Shown in pieces: positions 31,963 to 43,623 of a stretch of DNA of 64,000 bases (positions are counted from its first letter, which is position 1; each line of letters begins with the position of its first letter). The stretch comes from a virus (taxonomy: Duplodnaviria; Caudoviricetes). The notes beneath the pieces were generated by a model that had not been told where the DNA came from, made no database searches, and saw only the letters and a list, made by a program, of their open reading frames with translations. Made by a program: the position numbers and the translations under genes. Where the stretch lies: positions 1 to 64,000 of the IMG/VR virus record IMGVR_UViG_3300028833_005986; one strand, written 5' to 3'.

Positions 31963-32323
31963 TTTAATACTCCTTTGTGAAAAGGATTTATAATCATAAT
32001 ACTTATTTATATTAATTTAATACTTATTTATATTAATTTAATACTTATATGAAATATTCATATTAAATTGCTATAAATAGTAAATAAACTCCCATGCTAA
32101 AGTTATCTCATGTTTTAATTTTACCTACATAGTAGGTAAAATATGACTATAACACTGTTACTTTATATATTAAGAGATACTCAAGTAGGAATATATAAAG
32201 TAACTGTTTAATTATAATCCGTAGAGTTTTAAACTGGAAGAACACTTAAAAGTACCTATAATATAATGAGATAACGTAGTCTACTCTGTAGACTTAAGCT
32301 GATAGGTTAATTGAGTATTAACC
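31963..32323 (-). ncRNA. omega-RNA of IscB copy 2
   Basis: Near-identical to 29960-30300, with one swapped hairpin and a 21-nt tandem duplication near the 3' end. Confidence 0.82.
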
Positions 32324-32350
32324 TATAATTCCTCATACATATTTTTCTCC

Positions 32351-32626
32351 TTATAAAATATTTAATAAATACTTAGATTCATATACAATTTTTAATATTT
32401 TATATACATATTCTGCACGAATATGTTCTACTTTAATTATTAATTCAATATTATTATCTTCATGTATACATTTTAATGCTGTAAATAAAGAATTTTTTTT
32501 AACATAAATTTTAAGTAATTTATTTATTCTATCAGTTAAATCATACATATCTATATATTTACATTTACTTTTCATTATTTCTATTTCATTTAAGAATATT
32601 GTCATATCTTTTATATCTTTATCCAT
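32351..32626 (-). CDS. Hypothetical protein
   Basis: ORF with GAGGA RBS. Confidence 0.6.
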   Translation of the reverse strand: MDKDIKDMTIFLNEIEIMKSKCKYIDMYDLTDRINKLLKIYVKKNSLFTALKCIHEDNNIELIIKVEHIRAEYVYKILKIVYESKYLLNIL

Positions 32627-32641
32627 AATTTTAATATTCCT

Positions 32642-33466
32642 CTATACTTTTTTAATTGCTTCGCGAATTGATATTATATAATCATCAAAATATATTTGTC
32701 CTTTATCAAAATTTATTTTTATATAATTAATATTATTATAAAATTTATGTTTAGCGAATATAAATAATTTCCTTAATACAAAATTATTACTAATATTATC
32801 ATCTTTTGATATTAATACTAATAATTTCCAACCATTAGATAATAAAAAATTTTTTCTATTATTTTCATGAATTATAAATTCTTCTTCTGTCATACGATTT
32901 TTTTGCACATTTAAATCATGACCACTTCCATTATATTCTATCGCAATTTTTTCATCAATTAATGCTATATCTATTGCTAAACTATCATATACATAATTTA
33001 AAATTCCTCCAAATAATTTATGTAATCGCTTCTGCTGTTTACTAGCAGGAATATAATTATGTTTTTTAGAAGTGACTTGTATTTTTTCATAAATTCCTGG
33101 TATATCACTAATTTTATCTACACCATATTTTTGTTTTATAATGTCAACAATTTTTTGTTTTACTTGCTTAGCTTGAAATACATGCTTCACACCATATTTT
33201 TTTAAATTAGTTAATTCTTTGCGTTTTTGAATACATTCTTTATCATTACAATTACATATATCAATACATCTACAATAAGATTTTTTTAAAATCTTATTAC
33301 AAAAATCACATTGAATAATAACTTCATGAGTTGATTCTGAAGATAAATCTTTAACTAATACTTTAAATGAATCATGAAATTCAGTAAAAGTATAACCTTT
33401 ATCTTCATAATATTCTTTATTTTTTAATGTCCATTGAATTCTAGTTACTTGTTGTAATATAGGCAT
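32642..33466 (-). CDS. Putative free-standing endonuclease (Zn ribbon, KKYGV repeats, Vsr/PD-(D/E)xK-like domain)
   Basis: CDFC; KKYGV/QKYGV repeats; DIAL..KIAIEYNGSGH; GWKLLVL. Confidence 0.68.
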   Translation of the reverse strand: MPILQQVTRIQWTLKNKEYYEDKGYTFTEFHDSFKVLVKDLSSESTHEVIIQCDFCNKILKKSYCRCIDICNCNDKECIQKRKELTNLKKYGVKHVFQAKQVKQKIVDIIKQKYGVDKISDIPGIYEKIQVTSKKHNYIPASKQQKRLHKLFGGILNYVYDSLAIDIALIDEKIAIEYNGSGHDLNVQKNRMTEEEFIIHENNRKNFLLSNGWKLLVLISKDDNISNNFVLRKLFIFAKHKFYNNINYIKINFDKGQIYFDDYIISIREAIKKV

Positions 33467-33539
33467 TTTTTCTCCTTTCTATAATTAATTTATAATATTA
33501 ATTATTTTTATTTTAAAAAATAGATTAAAAAAACCTATC

Positions 33540-33580
33540 ATTATAAAATAAAAAAGACTAATTAATATAATTAGTCTTTT
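33540..33580 (-). terminator. Probable intrinsic terminator
   Basis: AAAAGACUAAUUA-UAU-UAAUUAGUCUUUUUU hairpin just after a stop codon. Confidence 0.6.
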
Positions 33581-33722
33581 ATGCAAGTCTAATAGCCAAA
33601 CGCTGTTTTTTGGTACGTAATTTAGAATTTAAATCAGCTAAAGCTTTAGCTTCAATTAATAAAGTTTCTTTATTAATTTCTTTCTTATTATTTTTATCAA
33701 TTTTCTTTTTATTTTGTTCCAT
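33579..33722 (-). CDS. Small basic protein (47 aa), absent from the ORF track
   Basis: AGGAGA RBS, ATG GAA CAA...AGA CTT GCA TAA, followed by a terminator. Confidence 0.65.
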   Translation of the reverse strand: MEQNKKKIDKNNKKEINKETLLIEAKALADLNSKLRTKKQRLAIRLA

Positions 33723-33732
33723 TATTTTTCTC

Positions 33733-34161
33733 CTAACCTATTCGTTTCTTTTTTACTATACTCTTATTATCATGTTTAAAACATGATTGATATAAATAAT
33801 CCAAAATATTAATTGTTTCTGGCGAATCTATAATTATGTTTATTATTTCGTTAATTTGTTCTTTATTTAAATAATCATATAAATTTAATGAAATATTTAA
33901 ATTATTAGCATCATTTTGTATAGTTTGTATTTTATTTAATATAAATGATTTTATTTTATTTTTATCATTACTTTTTAATAACGAATATAATTGATAATCT
34001 TGACAAATATATTCATATGCTGAAATTTTACCAAAAATATTTTTATATTCTCCATATTTTTCTTCAAATTGAATATTATTTTCTGCATTATCTTCATCAA
34101 TTTTAAATATACGCATTAATTGTAAATTCTTATGTCTTTTTCTAGAAATAATAGTAATCAT
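33733..34161 (-). CDS. Hypothetical protein
   Basis: ORF with AAAGGA RBS. Confidence 0.65.
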   Translation of the reverse strand: MITIISRKRHKNLQLMRIFKIDEDNAENNIQFEEKYGEYKNIFGKISAYEYICQDYQLYSLLKSNDKNKIKSFILNKIQTIQNDANNLNISLNLYDYLNKEQINEIINIIIDSPETINILDYLYQSCFKHDNKSIVKKKRIG

Positions 34162-34182
34162 TTATATTATCCTTTCTTGTAT

Positions 34183-37100
34183 TTATTGATCTTCTTCAAA
34201 CATTTTTTCGCTTACTAAATCATTATACAGTTTATTTTCAAGTTTTTTTCTAGCGTCTCCGTCCTCAACGGTATTTTGCTTTTCAATAACCCATTTAGGC
34301 GGATATTTATATATAGAAGTTTTTATTCCATTAGCATATTTAGTTTTAGCAGCTTGTCCCATAGATGCTTGCATAAAATTTATATATGTTTCCATTATAC
34401 CTTCTATAGTAATTCCTGTATCTCCGTTTCTTCGTTCTTTCCCGCGTTCATTAGCAGCCATATTATACCACTTAGATATAAATGATTTAGGAGTTCTAAT
34501 ATAAGCTAAACCATGACACAATTTAGCATCTGAACTTTTTAAATATCGTTTTACTTCTTCTTTTATGTCTGATAAATCTTGTAAAGCAGCTAATCCAATT
34601 GAAGATAATAAAGTATTAGCATCACTTACAGCATCTGCGATATACTGTAATTCTTCATCAATATTTATATTTTTAAATACTGTAAGTTTTCCCTTAAAGC
34701 CTTCTGCTTCTGCTTCTACTTGTTCCTTTTCCATTTCTGTATGAAGTTTATTAAAACGATTACTAATATTATATTTACCAGTTCCAAAAAATGCTACAGC
34801 AAATGGAGAAATCCTACCATATTGATCACAACAGCCTTCAATATAAGGCTCGACTCGAGCATGAATTGCTTTTATTTTTTGTAAACCTTCGTCAGTATTA
34901 ATATCAATATTATATAAAGTATTTATAAAATAAAATAATACTGATTGTCGTTTTTTATTATCTAATTCTAATATCGTATTACGTAATCTTTTTTGTATTC
35001 CTAATAAAATTTGTTCTTGTATTTTACCTAATTGATTTATTTTAATTAACCAATTTTTATTTAATTGGTGTAAATCTTTATCATAATAATCGTCTTCATA
35101 TTCTTTTTGAGTATCATATAATTGATTAAATATATTATTATATATCTGTTTTGCGGTACATTTTCCCCATACCGAATCTTTATATATAATATCAATAGAA
35201 TTCGCAATATTAAAACGCTTAAATGTTTTCCATAAATTTATATTTTCTCCGTATTTTATTAATAAGCATGTTTGAGTTTTTGTGCTATTATAAATTTTTA
35301 TATAGAATTGAGTATTTTCTTCTTCTCCAAAATTTTGCATTATTGAATTATTAGCTTCATTTTCATTGTTATCTGGATTTCTTGCTGCTATATTTTGATT
35401 TGATATCCATGTTTGAATTAAGCTATAAATATTATGCGGGTGATTACCGGATTTATTATTTTTTAATAATTTTCTGAATAAATATTAAAATTATATTTTT
35501 AATATTAAAATAAAATATTTTTAATATCTTTTAAAATAGATTTTAATATATTATACTTATATTTATGTATAAGCATAGATTATATCTTTATATAAAAATT
35601 ATATAAATAAAATTCAACAAAAATATTTACTATATATAATCGTTATATTATTTATTATAAATTTATAATGAATAATTATGAATTTTAATATAATTATTAT
35701 ATTTTCATAAATTATATTAATTATGCTACTTTATATATAAATAGCTTCATTAATATCATTAATTCTTTCGGTTGAGCATAATTCATTTATTTGATTTATG
35801 AAACTACCAATACTCGTACGATAGCTAGTTAATAAATTTGATATACGCTGTTTAGGATGCAGTTCTTCCCATGTTGCTATATTATCTTTAATAATTTGTG
35901 TACTAGATTTTAAACTGCATAAATCATCAATCATTTTTCGAAGATATTTTATAACTGTATGCCATCTTTCTGGAGAAAACTTTTTTTTAGCTTGTGCAGA
36001 ATTAGAATCGCGCTTTTTCATATATACGTCATTTAATTTTTGTAAAGTTTCTTCTAACGATGAAAATCCGCCATGTGATAATTCTAAAAAATCATCTAAT
36101 TTTTGATTATTAATTACATTTATAATTTCTCCAAAAGACTGATTCGTTACAGGTGTAATAAAATTATTTTTAGAATTTAAGGCCTTATATTTATTATTAA
36201 AGCATGTGTTACGGTATCTTTGTAATTTACTAGTATTATTTTTAATAGCATCAGTTAATTCTTTTAAAGTAGTAATATCATTTAATATAGGATTATTACT
36301 AAATGTTGAAGCTAAATTTAATGCTAATTGTCTAGCTCGTAAAAAGACATTATTATCGAATTCTTCTAATTTAGCATTTTCTTCAATAGTTAAATTCAAA
36401 TTTAATAAATTACGGCGTATATTAACTATACTACGTAATTGAGAAATAATAATATCAGCTTGTTTTGAAGTTAACTCCTTATCTTTTACGCGTTGATATA
36501 ATTTTTCAATTATATCATTACCAAAATATCTATGACATTCTTCTAAATTAAATTGCTCAATACCTTGTGGATCTAATAATATTTTACGATTATTAACCTT
36601 TTTAATAACATCTGGATCTGTTAATGCTGATTCGTCATATTTATCATAAATATTTGAATTTTTTAAAATTGTATCAAAAATAGCTCTTTTTAAATTATCA
36701 AATAATTGTTGATATTTATTTATATTAATAGATGCAAAGGAATTTAAACCTTCAACTATAGCTTTACGTAATTCGGTATACTGTTCAGATGCCAATGAAT
36801 TAACTTGTACTTGTTGATATTTTTTAAAAAAAATTTCAATTCGTCTTATTAAGGCAAAAAAACCATATACTTTGTTAAGCGTAGCTTCGCTATCTTGTGA
36901 ATCTTTTACGCCTTCTTTATAAATTTTATATATCTGATTAACAATACGTTCTTTATTAACATTAGTATATTCATTATGCGCACGATTTAACCAAGAAAAA
37001 GATGTAGCATAAATTGAATCTTTAATAATTGGTAGTAAATCAGCATAATATTTAGCTTGTTTTAAAAATTGCCTTATAAATCGAGCGAATCGCAATTGAA

Positions 37101-37488
37101 ATATTTCAGGCTTAAATTGCGCTATAGTATCATACCACACTGAAATTACGAACCCACTAACTGCAGAAATATATACATTTCTAAATGCTTTATATTTATC
37201 GTTATTTTTAATATCATTTATAAATTGAAGAACTTTAGAAAATATATTTTTATTATATTTGATTATATTAGCAACATTTAAATTTATATCTGAATTTTCT
37301 TTCGTTGCTTTTATGTAGCTATCAAATAATAATTTTTCTGTTCGCTGCCAATCAACTGGAAATGTATTATTATCAATACCTATATCTTTACTATCTGCTT
37401 TTAATTGTTCAACAATACTTTTTATTTTTTTTCTAATTTCTAAATCAGTATCTTTAATTTTTGAATCAGTTGCCATATTTTTATTCAC
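34183..37488 (-). CDS. Large hypothetical protein, 2 exons (37488-35741, 35473-34183), ~1012 aa
   Basis: The 585-aa and 385-aa ORFs join in frame (GCT AT|A AAA) after intron removal; the downstream frame is open ~45 codons before its ATG. Confidence 0.78.
35474..35740 (-). mobile_element. Small group I intron (267 nt) in the hypothetical gene
   Basis: P1 GCUAU/GUAGC; UAACGAUUA...AAAGAUAUAAUCU; ends UUCAG. Confidence 0.8.
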
Positions 37489-37526
37489 TTCTCCTATATA
37501 AATTTATAAATTTTTTAAAATTATAA

Positions 37527-40500
37527 TTATGTCATTGCAGATTCAAAAATTTTATTTAATTCATAAGTAATATTCGCACGCGTCCATTGAATATTTAATT
37601 CTGGAATATCTTTATAATTATCTTCATTAACAGGATTATAATCTTTTTTTGCGCCGCCATATTTATTAATCATATTTTCTAATAAATCTATACAATATGC
37701 AACATTAAAATTTTTATATGATTTTTTATCAATACGTGCTTGTATCACTCTAACCATTTGATTTAAATATCTTTGCCAATTAGCTGGATTTTCTATAAGT
37801 GCACGAGTAACGCCGAGTTTATCATTATCTTTTACTTCTGCTAACATATCACCGAAAAAATTAACATGATCAATAAAAGCATTAACAATTTGATTTAATT
37901 TTACTGTACGATCTATTAAAGTAGTTTGATATAATTTATCTTTTTCTTTATCAAATTCTTTAAATAGATTTTCAAAGACATTTTCATATTTATTATGCAG
38001 TTGCTGAATTTGAGCTAATCTATAATCTTTATCTATTGTTTCATTTCGTATTGAAGCTATATCTATGCCCAGCATTTGTTTAATAAAACGTTTTTTATCT
38101 ATTTCGGAAATATTATTATCTATTGATAAATTATTAATATCAGTCATTATATTATTTTTTAAATTTTGAACACGATTATTAAATTCTTGCTTAGTTTTCA
38201 TTAATTGTTGTTTAATTGTATTTAATCGCTTATACCAATCTTCTCTCTGAGCATTATATTTATGATAATATTCAGCCCAAGTAATCATAATTGGATCAAT
38301 TTTTTTATGAAAATTTTTATATATATCATAATCATATTTTGCGACAATTTTCATATTTGTTGTAGGATTTGAATTCATTAAATTATTAATTCTATCAATA
38401 TTATTTACATTGCGATTATATAATTGTTCATTTATGAATTCATTAGAATTAGCTTTAACATATTTACCAATAATAGCTAACGTTATCTTATCAGCATTTA
38501 ATTGAGCATTATTTATTGAAATAGCTTTTATAAAATTATCAAATTTATTTTTCCATTGATCATCAATAATATCTTTTTTGGGATCTGCATCATCAATCAT
38601 TTTTATCCATTTTACATAATTTTTTAAATCATAAAGGAAATGATTTACATTTTCTTTTGTATCTTCTACATTTGCATATTTTTCGCGTAAATAAGTTACT
38701 ATAATAGGATCAATATATCCGTCTTTATTATAATATTGTTTTTTTACTAATTGTCTGGTAAAAGATAATATTCTACCATCAGCAAAATAAGAATCATTTT
38801 TATTTGATGAATTATCAGATTGGACTCGAACAAAATTCCCCCCCTCGGGAGCATACTCGTATCGTTTAGTAGTTGCATTATATATATAATTTCCTTTTCC
38901 AGATTCTACTTGCTTAAATATATAGTTATTACTGCTTCCAAAACTTTGTTCTAATTGATGCCTAAAATTATTATTATTTTCTAATACTGTTACACGTTTA
39001 TACATATCTTTAGATACTTTATGAAAATTTCCATTAGATATTTTTTGATATTCACCTGAGGGTAATTGCATATAATCGCCACGAGCATCTTGTTTATATT
39101 GATTTGTCGTAGAATCATAACTATATTTATATTTTGCTGGAATATAAATATAATCTCCTTTTGGATTTAATTTATATTTTTTAGTAGATTCATCATATTC
39201 ATATCTATCCATAGGCATTGGCATAGAAAACTGAGTATGAGCATTTAATGGTTTAATTTCACGCGTAAAATTACCATTTTCATCATAAATATAAGTTTTA
39301 GTTTCATCATCATAAGTATAATTTCCCTCACCAGGTTTAGTTGGTGTATATGTTACTACCTGAATATTATTATACTGATAATTTGTAGGATCAAAATCTT
39401 TATTAAATGCAGGATATCGACTATATTTATCATAAATATCATCTATAATTTCGCGATAAATACTAGGCATTGCATTAGATAAAATATTTAGAGCTTGCTG
39501 AAATGTGTGCAATTTATTATATTGATATGTTGGTGATTGATTTACTTTAATAGTATCTGATATATTAGCAACTTTACCACATTTATTCTGAATAAATTCA
39601 CAAGCATATGCATATGGGCAATATTGTTCATATAATCCATTATCAATTAATTTATGTAATAAAGCACGTGTATCAGTCTTTCGACGTTTTTCTCGATCAT
39701 TTTTTACTTGTACTATTTTTTTATTTAAATCGGATATTTTTTGCTCTAATACTTGTTTAACTGTATTATATTCTTCCATTGATTTACGTTCATCTTCAGG
39801 TATATTATCTATATTGTTTGTTGCTAATTGCTGCATATAAAAATCTATTTTTTTTAATTCTTTATCTGTTTCGTCTATTTTAATTTTAATTTTATCTATT
39901 ACTTTTGTAAATGCGTCAGCTTGTGTATTTTGATTATTAAACATATCTTCATCAAATATATTACTATTATCATTATATCGTGAAAGAGTATATCTAATTT
40001 GTCGATCAAACGGAGATCCTTGCTCTTGTAAAATTCTTAAATCTTTTTTCAACTGTTTGCGTTGTTTTATTAATTCATTAATTTTTTCTCGACTATTTAC
40101 CAAGCTTGTACGTGTTATTTGGTTACGTTCACTAATTAATAATCTAAATTTTCTAAGTTCATTTTCTAATATGCGTTTTTTTGCTTGTGTTTGTTCAGAT
40201 TGATCTCCACTATCATGTATTTGCTTTAATTGCTGTGTTAATACTTCTTCATAATCAGGAACTTTATTAGAAGTATCTTCGTCAGATGTATCTTCATCTT
40301 CATTATTTTGTCGATTTTTTAATTTGCTTAATTCTTTTACAAATTTATCAGCAAATTCTTTTGAATCTATATCATTTTCAATATCATTTTCATTTGAATT
40401 ATTAATATTAGTTGCATTAGGATTACTCATTTTATTAATTTGTGTTGTAATAATAGCTAATCTATTATTAATAGCAGTAAATTCGCGTTCCGCTTTTGCT

Positions 40501-41075
40501 ATAGCTTTTTGAAGATCTTTTAAAGCATCTTCTAATGCTTGCTTTTTATCCTCATATCTTTTATTAGTATTACGACGTACCTTATGCATTACAAAATCTA
40601 ATGCATCAATATCGTCAACAGAATAATTATCATTATCGACAATATCTGTATTTACTTGATTTGCTTGCACTTGTAAATCATTATATATGTGATTAAAAAA
40701 TTCGTATAATTCATTTTTAGTTTTTTCATGATTTAATCTACTTTTAGCTTTTAATGCTGAAATAAAATTATCATAAGTCATATAAGGAACTAATTTCATT
40801 AATTTTAATAATATTTCATTATCTTGACCGGGAAATACTGCAGTACCCATTTTAGGACTTTTACTAGAATCCCAATTTGCAGCTTTATCCTCGTTTGCTG
40901 CTGCTAAAATAGATTTTAATCTTGGATTTTGAAATGAATTAATGAGTAAAATTCGATTCAATATACTATTCAAATATTTTTCACCCTTTTTATAATTCAT
41001 TTTGTAATAATTTATTTTTTTATTAAAAAATAAAAATATATAATAAAAAAAGAATTCATATATTTTAAGATACAT
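37527..41075 (-). CDS. Large coiled-coil protein with internal Tyr-rich repeats (possible virion protein); true start probably ~100 nt downstream
   Basis: 1182-aa ORF; repeated YxYD..T..Y....G[DN][YF] units. Confidence 0.75.
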   Translation of the reverse strand: MYLKIYEFFFYYIFLFFNKKINYYKMNYKKGEKYLNSILNRILLINSFQNPRLKSILAAANEDKAANWDSSKSPKMGTAVFPGQDNEILLKLMKLVPYMTYDNFISALKAKSRLNHEKTKNELYEFFNHIYNDLQVQANQVNTDIVDNDNYSVDDIDALDFVMHKVRRNTNKRYEDKKQALEDALKDLQKAIAKAEREFTAINNRLAIITTQINKMSNPNATNINNSNENDIENDIDSKEFADKFVKELSKLKNRQNNEDEDTSDEDTSNKVPDYEEVLTQQLKQIHDSGDQSEQTQAKKRILENELRKFRLLISERNQITRTSLVNSREKINELIKQRKQLKKDLRILQEQGSPFDRQIRYTLSRYNDNSNIFDEDMFNNQNTQADAFTKVIDKIKIKIDETDKELKKIDFYMQQLATNNIDNIPEDERKSMEEYNTVKQVLEQKISDLNKKIVQVKNDREKRRKTDTRALLHKLIDNGLYEQYCPYAYACEFIQNKCGKVANISDTIKVNQSPTYQYNKLHTFQQALNILSNAMPSIYREIIDDIYDKYSRYPAFNKDFDPTNYQYNNIQVVTYTPTKPGEGNYTYDDETKTYIYDENGNFTREIKPLNAHTQFSMPMPMDRYEYDESTKKYKLNPKGDYIYIPAKYKYSYDSTTNQYKQDARGDYMQLPSGEYQKISNGNFHKVSKDMYKRVTVLENNNNFRHQLEQSFGSSNNYIFKQVESGKGNYIYNATTKRYEYAPEGGNFVRVQSDNSSNKNDSYFADGRILSFTRQLVKKQYYNKDGYIDPIIVTYLREKYANVEDTKENVNHFLYDLKNYVKWIKMIDDADPKKDIIDDQWKNKFDNFIKAISINNAQLNADKITLAIIGKYVKANSNEFINEQLYNRNVNNIDRINNLMNSNPTTNMKIVAKYDYDIYKNFHKKIDPIMITWAEYYHKYNAQREDWYKRLNTIKQQLMKTKQEFNNRVQNLKNNIMTDINNLSIDNNISEIDKKRFIKQMLGIDIASIRNETIDKDYRLAQIQQLHNKYENVFENLFKEFDKEKDKLYQTTLIDRTVKLNQIVNAFIDHVNFFGDMLAEVKDNDKLGVTRALIENPANWQRYLNQMVRVIQARIDKKSYKNFNVAYCIDLLENMINKYGGAKKDYNPVNEDNYKDIPELNIQWTRANITYELNKIFESAMT

Positions 41076-41128
41076 GAATTCTTCATAATTATATATTAAC
41101 CTCTATTTAATAGAAGACTTTTTAAAAT

Positions 41129-41419
41129 TTACACTTCAGCAGTTTTATTATTAAGGTCTGCCTTAAATGCATTACTTAATTTTAATTTAATTGTCTTTTT
41201 AGGCTCAATCCATAAAGTTTCGCCCGTAATAGGAGAACGTCCATTTCGTCCAGCTCGCATAACTGGTGTAAATGTACAAAAACGACTAATAGAAAATGTT
41301 TCATCATTTAATAATGTCTTTTTAAGATTATCAAATACTGCATTTACAGCTGCAGCGGCATCATGTTGAGTTAAATCTGCATCACGAGCTACATTTTTAA
41401 TGAATTCTGCTTTTGTCAT
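41129..41419 (-). CDS. hup: HU-like DNA-binding protein
   Basis: MTKAEFI..VA; F.TF; R.GRSPITGE; K.K.S..FK. Confidence 0.9.
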   Translation of the reverse strand: MTKAEFIKNVARDADLTQHDAAAAVNAVFDNLKKTLLNDETFSISRFCTFTPVMRAGRNGRSPITGETLWIEPKKTIKLKLSNAFKADLNNKTAEV

Positions 41420-41576
41420 AATTGGTATATATCATCATTAATAACAATGATAATATACTACACTTCCTTTCATAATATAATTATTTTTATTTTAATAATA
41501 TAACTTAATAAATAATTTTATCACTGCACAGTTAATAAATTATTTTCTTTATTAATAATATAATAATTTTATAAAT

Positions 41577-43598
41577 TTATTTTAATAGATTATTAAAATC
41601 TTGCTCCGTAATGATCTGAGCTTGATATTTTTTAGCTTTATCTATTTTAGGTTGTTTAGCACCATTACCAATAATTAAATAATTCAATCCTTGCTTAATA
41701 GATGAATTAATACCGCCATTTTCTTCAATTAATTCTTGAATTTTTTTGCGAGAAATAGATAATGCTCCAGTAAAAGCAAATGTTTTATTCATTAATTTGC
41801 CTATATGATTATTATCATTATCATTACCTAAATTCAATGCAATTAATTGATCTAATAAATTATTATTTTGATTAATCCAATTAATAATATTATTAGCTAC
41901 TGTAGATCCAATATTATTAATCAATATTAATTCTTGATATTTAGCATTTTTAAAATTACTTAATGACTTATAAAATTTTGCTAAATCTTTACCTGCAATT
42001 TCACCAATATTAGCAATTCCTAAGCCTGCAATAATTTTTGCTAAAGATGTTTTTTTTGATTTTTCAATATGATCAATTACTTTATTAGCTGATACTAAAC
42101 CCTGTTTATCTAATACTGATATATCACTAACTTTTAAATAATATATATCTGCAATATTATTTAAAACATTTCTATTAACTAATGCAGTAATTAATTTTTC
42201 GCCAAAATCTTTAATATCTAATTTAGTAACAAAATCTACAATTTTACCTATAATACGACCTTTACAATTGCTATTATTGCAGCGAATATAAACTTCTTCA
42301 AATTTTAATTTACTACCACATACTGGACAAGTTTTAGGAATTACTATATCTTGTTCATTACCTGTACGTAAATCAGTTAATACATTAATAATTTTTGGTA
42401 TTACATCACCGCGACGAGTTACTGTTATATGATCACCAATTTTAATATTTAATCTATTAATTTCTTCAATATTATGTAAAGTCACGTTACTAATATCTGC
42501 GCCTAAAATATTTACTGTTTCAATAATAGCTACAGGTGTTAACGTACCTTTAGAACCTAAATCCCATCTAACATTCTTTAAAATTGATACTTTTTCTTCT
42601 TGTGGAAACTTATAAGCTATAGCCCAATTAGGAACAGTTTGCTTATTACCTAATTTTTTTTGTTCTGCATAATAATATACTTTTATTACTAATCCATCAA
42701 TTTCAAAATCTAAACTATCACGCATATCATTAATATCTGTTAATTTCTTTTTTAACTTAGCCATTAATGTATTAAAATTTTTTCCATAAAAATCAATAAT
42801 AAAATTAGTAACAAAATCATTAGTTATTTTAAATCCCAATTCTTTTAAAAATTGCATAGAAGCTTTATGGTTTAAACATTCATTATCTAATGACATATAT
42901 GCTGCAAATTGTAAATATTTAGATTTTTCAGCATTGGGATTTTTATCATTTAATAATCCACTCGCTGCATTTCTTACATTCTTTTTTATTAATTCTTTAG
43001 GAGAATATTTCTTTATATATTCATTAATTTTTTCTAATCCAGATTTAGTTAAAAAAATTTCTCCACGTACTTCTAAATCTTTTTTATAATCTATTATTTT
43101 CGGGATAGAATCTATTTGCCAGCATATTTTAGTTACATCTTTACCTACTAAACCATTTCCACGAGTAGCAGCTTGTATAAATCTTCCTTGTGAATAATGT
43201 AATACACAAGCTAATCCGTCATGTTTAGATTCAACAAAGAATGTATTAATTCCGAAATTATTTAAATTCTTTAACCATTTTTGTAATTCATCAAAATTCA
43301 TAGCTTTAGCTAAAGATAAACACGGTATTTTATGAGTTATTTCTTTATCAGTTGTATTAATAGATCCCATAATTCGTTTTGTAGGTGAATCTTCACGTAT
43401 CCAGTCTTTATGGTTTTGTTCTATAAATTGAGCTTCATAATATAATGAATCAAATTCAGCATCTGTTAAATCTATTAATTCGGAATTGTAATATTGATTT
43501 TCATATTTTATTAACTGATCTATTAATAAATTATATTTTTCACGCGCAGTTAACTCTGACTGAATCTCTACATCTTTTGCTTCTGCTGGTAACGTCAT
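41577..43598 (-). CDS. ligA: NAD-dependent DNA ligase
   Basis: KHDG, ATRGNG..G.DVT, EVRGE, DGLVIK, WAIAYKF, Zn finger, BRCT. Confidence 0.95.
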   Translation of the reverse strand: MTLPAEAKDVEIQSELTAREKYNLLIDQLIKYENQYYNSELIDLTDAEFDSLYYEAQFIEQNHKDWIREDSPTKRIMGSINTTDKEITHKIPCLSLAKAMNFDELQKWLKNLNNFGINTFFVESKHDGLACVLHYSQGRFIQAATRGNGLVGKDVTKICWQIDSIPKIIDYKKDLEVRGEIFLTKSGLEKINEYIKKYSPKELIKKNVRNAASGLLNDKNPNAEKSKYLQFAAYMSLDNECLNHKASMQFLKELGFKITNDFVTNFIIDFYGKNFNTLMAKLKKKLTDINDMRDSLDFEIDGLVIKVYYYAEQKKLGNKQTVPNWAIAYKFPQEEKVSILKNVRWDLGSKGTLTPVAIIETVNILGADISNVTLHNIEEINRLNIKIGDHITVTRRGDVIPKIINVLTDLRTGNEQDIVIPKTCPVCGSKLKFEEVYIRCNNSNCKGRIIGKIVDFVTKLDIKDFGEKLITALVNRNVLNNIADIYYLKVSDISVLDKQGLVSANKVIDHIEKSKKTSLAKIIAGLGIANIGEIAGKDLAKFYKSLSNFKNAKYQELILINNIGSTVANNIINWINQNNNLLDQLIALNLGNDNDNNHIGKLMNKTFAFTGALSISRKKIQELIEENGGINSSIKQGLNYLIIGNGAKQPKIDKAKKYQAQIITEQDFNNLLK

Positions 43599-43623
43599 TG
43601 TAAAATCCTTTCATTAACAATAA

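Noticed and set aside
31997-32050. CRISPR-like repeat next to iscB copy 2
   Set aside because: It is a simple 21-nt tandem duplication with no spacer. I saw no CRISPR array, tRNA or rRNA in the window.
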